Shown here piece after piece: positions 43,901 through 46,859 of a DNA stretch of 46,859 bases. The position numbers and the translations under genes were made by a program. Numbering within the stretch: position 1 is the first letter of the stretch; each line of letters opens with the position of its first letter. The notes beneath the pieces are model-generated. The model searched no databases. It was given only the letters and a program-made list of their open reading frames with translations, and was not told where the DNA came from. The stretch is from Intoshia linei (taxonomy: Eukaryota > Animalia > Orthonectida): contig LWCA01000154.1 in NCBI GenBank assembly GCA_001642005.1, positions 1 through 46,859 on the forward strand, read 5' to 3'.

Positions 43901-46579
43901 AAATATGAATAATGATCAAAATTCAAGTTATTTTGTATAGTAAATTTCATAGTAATAATTATTTTCATAACAATTAATTTTAAATTTATATTTTTTTATA
44001 TTTATTCAGTTTTCTCATTGGAATCGGTTTTTTTATCAATTCGGCGTTCATATTTCGCTAAACGATAATTTTGCGCATCTTTATAGCTATTTGTATAAAA
44101 ATTTTTATATTTAAAATAATGTTTTTAATTAAATTGTCATATATTAATTACTGTGAGCGATATGTAGTGTTGTTATAGTTAGTTGTTATAGTAGTTGTAT
44201 AGTGACCGAGTTGTCTTTATAATTATCAAGACTTTATAATTTTGTATTAAATATTGTACGTGAATTGTTTTGAAATTATTGAATAAGTTTCGCTGATAAA
44301 TCTAGAGACCTTCAAACCTCAGAACATTACATGATATATTGTTCAAAACTTTAAAAGCAATGGCCCAAGGTTTTTTTAACAGTTGAGAGGTAAGACTGGG
44401 TGCAAATTGAATATTTTCAAAATGTTCATATGATGGAAGGGTGCACTTTTAATATAAAAATTTCATGTATAATCAAAATTTCTAAATTTACCTATAGGGA
44501 CAATAATATCCTTCTGGACATATAATACATTTAGTTGTGGCTAAGAAAGAAGCATAATCTCCAAGGTCGCATTGTTTCCTATTTAATAATAATGATGTTT
44601 ATATAATCATAAAAGAAATATTGATATATATAATTTACGTGGTAGCTGTTTGTTCAATTCCAATACATTCATAACCGAGAGGACACGCAGTACATTGACT
44701 TTGCCCAGCTGAAGAATAAAATCCATTTGTGCATATAATTGGTTTTCCACTCGGTATAGGACAGTAACTACCTGCAGGGCAGATAGTACATGTACTTTTT
44801 GAATCCACATTGTATGTTCCAGGATCACATCTTTTTATAGAAGACCAATCGGGAGAGCAAGTAAATCCATCATTACATCTTATACACATATCATGTCCTA
44901 CGAGCGATTTAAAATAAAATTTAGTGCATAATGCGTACCATATGTTGAATATCCTTTCGCGCAATTAAGTACATTTGTTGATGTACATGAGTTTCCAATT
45001 GAACAAACTGTACATGATACCGATCCTTGTATTGAAAATGTACCAGATGGACAGGATACCATTTGAGATCTAATTGTAATGAAAAGATGGTGGACAATTA
45101 CTATGTATTTATCATTATTCATGTATTTAACAATTAAGGGTAGGGATAGAACGGATAAAATTAACCGTCATTTTTAGAATTTAACTGTCTTTATATAATA
45201 GTTACATACAATATGTTATAATATGTATATTAGTGTGTGCACTTTTTTAAAGAACAAAAAGTATATTTGCATATAGGTGTGTTTTTGTGTGTGTGTACGA
45301 ATGTGTAAAATTTAATACGTTTAATTGAAATTTTCTCGTCCTATTTTTTAAAACGCATATGATATTTATTATTTCATATAATTTGAACTGTAGTTTATTA
45401 CTTATTAATTTTATATCATTATTACAATTACATTTTATTAATATTTTTAGTAGGTTGACGATGTTAGAAAACGAATGACTGACCAGCAAATTGGAAATAA
45501 GGAAATATTTTCTATAGAGATTTACATTGTCAAATTTTACTCAACGTGTCTTGAAAATGAACACCTTGCACTTAGATATAGATTTAGACTTAATACTATA
45601 ATTTTATTATTACGATGTTGTCATAATGACAATGTCATTGTTTCATTATTTTCTATAGAGATTTACATTGTCAAATTTTACTCAAGGTGTGTTGAAAATA
45701 AAATTAACAACAATAAGATAGATTTAGACTTTCTAATTGGTCAAAAATTTTATTTACAAGAATGAAACAAATTTAATTCATTTCAAATACAAGGGATCTT
45801 TCAAATATACTTTATAAAAGTTGTTTTTAAATTTTCTGTATTCGCGACCCCTTATAATTACATAAAACATTTTCGCCACCCAAAAATTTTTTATATATTC
45901 GAAACATAATATCAAGTGACAAATAAAATTATTAAAAAAGGATTAACACTTATATTTTTTAAAATTCGCGCGACCCCGGATAAATAAAATTTACGATCAA
46001 ATGAACATCATCTAATAATGATATTTTATAGACATTTATTTATATTTCGGTATTAATTTTAACTTCATTTAAAAATAATATGTTACCAAGGAACCATTCC
46101 CGAACACTGTGTGAGAAAAGTCACGCTACGCCACTGCTTGAGAATTAGAAAATTTTAAGCACACCACTTTACAAAACATGAATAATTACAATTATCACAT
46201 TTTAATAATATCATTATTCGAATATCCAATAATTATCTAACAGTCTTCAAATTTAGTTAATAACTTCTGATCATATTCACTGAAATATAAAATAAAATAA
46301 TAAAAAACACTTATTAAAAAAATAATTAAAGATTTTATAAGGTGCTTAAAACATATTGACGGGTCTGTATTATGTTTATAAATATAATTCAATAATAGCA
46401 ATAAATAATTATTTACCCATCACAATAATTCCCAGCTTCACAAATAGCACACGTCAATGTGGCTAAGTCTGAATAGTGAGTGGGCAAACATGGTTTCGTT
46501 GCAACATTTGAAAGACCTGTACATTCATAACCCATTGGACATGGAATACATTCTACTGAACCAGCATCGCTCATGTAAC
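3189..46579 (-). CDS. Giant Cys-rich repeat protein (GCC2/GCC3, Ephrin_rec_like-type repeats); partial at both ends; 75 exons, about 4,253 aa in window
   Basis: Exons in transcript order: 46417-46579, 44939-45069, 44639-44897, 44492-44578, 43590-43690, 42991-43227, 42270-42776, 41754-41885, 41336-41503, 40244-40396, 39886-40090, 39714-39844, 39132-39281, 39009-39076, 37844-38033, 37590-37772, 37320-37520, 37018-37193, 36519-36556, 36241-36475, 36073-36190, 35768-35998, 35554-35697, 34291-34456, 34063-34229, 33867-33896, 33715-33819, 33518-33644, 31986-32266, 31717-31911, 31607-31645, 31379-31525, 31206-31242, 30819-30950, 29979-30157, 29719-29880, 29524-29676, 24389-24582, 24114-24312, 23881-23991, 22411-22477, 22280-22342, 22109-22215, 21888-21993, 20985-21020, 20859-20929, 20710-20781, 20135-20270, 18334-18481, 17617-17770, 17245-17361, 15222-15620, 15085-15174, 14777-14866, 14322-14488, 14059-14227, 13013-13150, 12726-12770, 12505-12615, 12328-12432, 11977-12273, 11576-11692, 8851-8928, 8649-8789, 8355-8481, 8078-8282, 7685-7861, 7352-7517, 7137-7307, 6640-6880, 5519-5718, 5301-5393, 5145-5219, 4953-5078, 3189-4910. 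Every junction is GT..AG with matching phase. Exons are GC-richer islands encoding CPxGxYC / CxxGxYC motifs. Confidence 0.9.
4953..8928 (-). CDS. Exons 63-74 of the giant Cys-rich gene
   Basis: Phase-compatible GT-AG junctions, including introns of 44 bp (7308-7351) and 61 bp (8790-8850). Confidence 0.88.
10045..10776 (-). mobile_element. hAT deletion derivative with CCCGGGA subterminal motifs
   Basis: Imperfect TIRs TAGTGACTG / CAATCATTA. TCCCGGGA motifs near both ends. Encloses a hAT dimerisation-domain ORF. No clear TSD. Confidence 0.65.
10182..10420 (-). pseudogene. hAT transposase C-terminal dimerisation domain fragment
   Basis: LMTVQPTSTQNEINFSIASNFVAKRRTRLKNESINIMCVLKHFF fits the hATC pattern PTS..xER.FS......R.RL........LK. 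Confidence 0.8.
10873..11278. mobile_element. pogo/Tigger-type (Tc1/mariner superfamily) MITE
   Basis: Perfect 23-bp TIR CAGTCAAAATCTCATTTAACGAA, flanked by TA on both sides. Internal TAACGAA motifs. Confidence 0.9.
11576..18481 (-). CDS. Exons 49-62 of the giant Cys-rich gene
   Basis: Mostly phase 1-1 exons. They overlap ORF-track fragments 11954-12229 and 15193-15477. Confidence 0.88.
13476..13608. mobile_element. 133-bp hAT MITE
   Basis: TIR TAGTGTGTTCAA / TTGAACACACTA with internal AACTCAGTA / AAAGTAAAA repeats. TSD gtttgtac (13468-13475) / gattgtac (13812-13819, after removing the neighbouring MITE). Confidence 0.75.
13612..13806. mobile_element. 195-bp hAT (Buster/Charlie-like) MITE
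   Basis: TIR CAGTGGTTTTTAACC / GGTTGAAAACCACTG, perfect 8-bp TSD cactagat, and GGGGTCG motifs. Confidence 0.92.
16272..16492 (+). repeat. Dispersed repeat, diverged homologue of about 18020-18250
   Basis: Shared collinear blocks TTGAATATCA, AAATTTAAAATGTCAAGT, CTAGGG-C-ATATGA and GTAGGTTCGGCT. Confidence 0.6.
18020..18250 (+). repeat. Dispersed repeat, diverged homologue of 16272-16492
   Basis: Same collinear blocks. Ends GGACTCCCCT, loosely inverse to the AGGGGCTC start of the other copy. Confidence 0.55.
18573..19216 (+). mobile_element. Complete non-autonomous Helitron-like element
   Basis: A|TC 5' end, (TG)n microsatellite near the 5' end, subterminal hairpin TGTAC-GTA-GTACA, CTAG|T 3' end, no TSD. 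Homologous to several other copies in the window. Confidence 0.8.
20135..24582 (-). CDS. Exons 38-48 of the giant Cys-rich gene
   Basis: Short exons (36-199 bp) missed by the ORF track, for example HYCPVGSSICT at 20985-21020. Phases are compatible. Confidence 0.87.
21122..21849 (-). mobile_element. hAT (Buster/SPIN/GTF2IRD2-like) deletion derivative with transposase relics
   Basis: Termini CAGGTT / AACCTG, TSD atatacat / acatacat. Minus-strand peptides KFQTRFVDFDSIKRKL*LVTNFMDVEI (about 21672-21752) and DQTLNHCLRMSTTKIDIDIAAMINEK* (about 21303-21383). Confidence 0.75.
23078..23633. mobile_element. hAT-type MITE with internal inverted repeat
   Basis: TIR TAAGGTGTCTCA / TGAGACACCTTA, TSD atgtacat / atgttcat. 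Internal IR at about 23347-23382 vs 23442-23477. Confidence 0.8.
24900..25922. repeat. About 200-bp inverted repeat pair (foldback or MITE-like), termini unresolved
   Basis: About 24900-25097 is the inverted copy of about 25733-25922, including the exact block TTTTAATATCTTTTACGTAGATCCAATAACTTTTAAGCTAATT. Confidence 0.75.
26010..27158 (+). mobile_element. Tc1 (DD34E) element copy 1; 5'-truncated, transposase pseudogene
   Basis: Motifs SGRPQ, WSDE, FQQD..ND, WPAQSPDFNHIENLW. Stops at 26412-26414 and 26820-26822, plus upstream frameshifts. Right TIR ...TTTTTGGCCACAAATG|TA. No left TIR seen. Confidence 0.9.
27218..28051 (+). mobile_element. Tc1 (DD34E) element copy 2; 3' part, starting right after the N at 27217
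   Basis: Near-identical to 26328-27158. 34 residues between the second D and E. TGA at 27302-27304. Right TIR ...GGCCACAACTG|TA. Confidence 0.9.
28305..29082 (-). mobile_element. Complete non-autonomous piggyBac element
   Basis: TTAA on both sides (28301-28304 and 29083-29086). TIR (T/C)CCTTTCACTGT. Subterminal repeats AACCACTGGTGGT x2 and TATATAGG-GA x2. Carries the Cys-rich transposase tail on the minus strand. Confidence 0.88.
29524..34456 (-). CDS. Exons 24-37 of the giant Cys-rich gene
   Basis: Includes exons of 30, 37 and 39 bp and the 42-bp intron 29677-29718. Cys/Gly motifs continue across junctions. Confidence 0.88.
30299..30748 (-). mobile_element. Helitron-like family fragment (5' half, reverse orientation)
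   Basis: Reverse complement contains the ATATTTGTCTGTCTGTGTGTT and CTTCACGGTCAAAAAATCA blocks shared with 18573-19216. Confidence 0.6.
32344..33449. mobile_element. 1.1-kb non-autonomous hAT element
   Basis: TIR TAGGGTGTTAACTTTTT / AAAAAGTTAATACCCTA, perfect 8-bp TSD atgtagat. Subterminal IR AAAACATCGGCCTGCTC (about 32444) / GAGCAGGCCGATGTTTT (about 33322). Confidence 0.9.
34595..35516 (+). mobile_element. Helitron-like family copy with a divergent 3' part
   Basis: A|TC start. Collinear with the 18573 copy up to about 35065. 3' module CCTCAGCAGAGCTAG... ends CTTG|T. Confidence 0.7.
35554..40396 (-). CDS. Exons 10-23 of the giant Cys-rich gene
   Basis: Phase-compatible GT-AG junctions, with introns as short as 41 bp (39845-39885) and 43 bp (36476-36518). 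Includes the 38-bp exon 36519-36556. Confidence 0.88.
36715..36850 (+). repeat. Helitron-like family 5' fragment
   Basis: TGTGTG..TTACCGTTT..TCTTAGAATT..TTTTCGAGAGTG blocks are shared with the other copies. Confidence 0.5.
38134..38822 (+). mobile_element. Helitron-like family copy
   Basis: CTTACTTATATAA start. Collinear with 18573-19216. 3' module with TGTAC-GTA-GTACA hairpin ends CCAG. Confidence 0.72.
39340..39510 (+). repeat. Helitron-like family 5' fragment
   Basis: GTTTGTCTGTCCGTCC..TGTGTTACCGTTT..GAGAGTGA-GTTTTATC blocks. Confidence 0.5.
41132..41249. mobile_element. 118-bp TA-flanked MITE (Tc1/mariner-type)
   Basis: TIR CCGAGTTGTGCACTGAGATA vs CGGTGTTGTGCACTGAGATA (reverse complement of the right end). 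TA on both sides. Internal GTGCAA..CTAG..CTAG..TTGCAC palindrome. Confidence 0.75.
41336..46579 (-). CDS. Exons 1-9 (window numbering) of the giant Cys-rich gene
   Basis: Peptides such as CPSGTFSIQGSVSCTVCSIG and CPAGTYGSSKKLKKNGDCFPCPDGKYC. The first exon has an AG acceptor at 46580-46581, so the gene continues beyond the window end. Confidence 0.88.
42819..42927. mobile_element. Possible 109-bp hAT-like MITE
   Basis: Perfect 11-bp IR CAGCCACGTTA / TAACGTGGCTG. No convincing TSD. Confidence 0.45.
43470..43523 (+). repeat. Isolated Helitron-like 3' end module
   Basis: GCCCTCGGCAGAACTAGGTACTGTTTG..CCAG|T. Confidence 0.55.
43763..44470. mobile_element. Degraded TIR element hosting the solo LTR
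   Basis: Inverted blocks AAAAGTGC-ACCC (about 43800) / GGGTGCACTTTT (about 44438) and AAAAAAACCTTGGG (about 43874) / CCCAAGGTTTTTTT (about 44364). Confidence 0.5.
44152..44326 (+). mobile_element. Probable short solo LTR
   Basis: TGT...GAACA termini with a 4-bp flanking duplication ttac (44148-44151, 44327-44330). A homologue lies at 183-331. Confidence 0.6.
45506..45731. repeat. Local direct duplication, period 140 bp
   Basis: TATTTTCTATAGAGATTTACATTGTCAAATTTTACTCAA at about 45507 and 45647. AGATTTAGACTT at about 45580 and 45720. Confidence 0.8.
45840..46136 (-). mobile_element. hAT MITE fragment
   Basis: CGCGACCCC motifs (about 45843, 45969) and terminus CTACGCCACTG. The other end was not found. 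Confidence 0.45.
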
Positions 46580-46759
46580 CTAAAGGTAATATATAATAAA
46601 TTCATTGAAATTCCATTAAGTAAATAATTAAATATATTAATTATCCAATAATGTACTATTATTAATAATCACATTTATCATGTTAATATTTTAAAAATAT
46701 TAATTAATTAAATTTAAATTATTATTAAATTTTGTTGACAGTGCGCGACACCTTAGACC

Positions 46760-46859
46760 AGTGGTTCTCAAACTTGGTCCGGTCAAGTTTAAATAAAATT
46801 TTTATTTATAAAAAAAAAATTAATTTTTTAAATAATTTGTTGTTGTTAATTTAAACAAT
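46760..46859 (+). mobile_element. Left end of a hAT (Buster-like) MITE; right end not seen
   Basis: CAGTGGTTCTCAAAC terminus preceded by an NNNTANNN-like site. Confidence 0.5.

Noticed and set aside
3642-45765. Short alternative-frame and plus-strand ORFs (e.g. 3642-3845, 5437-5655, 19988-20302, 29641-29847, 37859-38053, 45475-45765)
   Set aside because: They are shadows of real exons or chance ORFs in repeats.
3189-46579. Ciliate-type genetic code, non-canonical splice sites, or separate tandem surface-antigen genes
   Set aside because: The exons I translated read through under the standard code, all junctions resolve as GT-AG, and no internal start, signal peptide or stop was needed.

Overview
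This is AT-rich eukaryotic genomic DNA, not prokaryotic. The whole window lies inside one giant minus-strand spliced gene. Reading it by hand, I resolved 75 exons (46579 down to 3189) joined by 74 canonical GT-AG introns. Intron phases match at every junction, giving 12,759 coding nt (about 4,253 codons). Neither the start nor the stop codon is in the window. The product is almost entirely C-x-x-G-x-[YF]-C Cys/Gly repeats of the GCC2/GCC3 (Ephrin_rec_like) type, probably a giant extracellular or surface protein. Many introns are only 41-100 bp. The larger ones hold many non-autonomous transposons: hAT elements with 8-bp TSDs (two with transposase relics), a Helitron-like family, piggyBac derivatives, TA-flanked MITEs, a dead DD34E Tc1 repeated across an N gap, and a probable solo LTR. 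The standard genetic code is used. Short introns and high AT suggest a compact invertebrate genome, for example the orthonectid Intoshia, but this is inference only. I found no RNA genes or CRISPR arrays. All coordinates and counts are manual.
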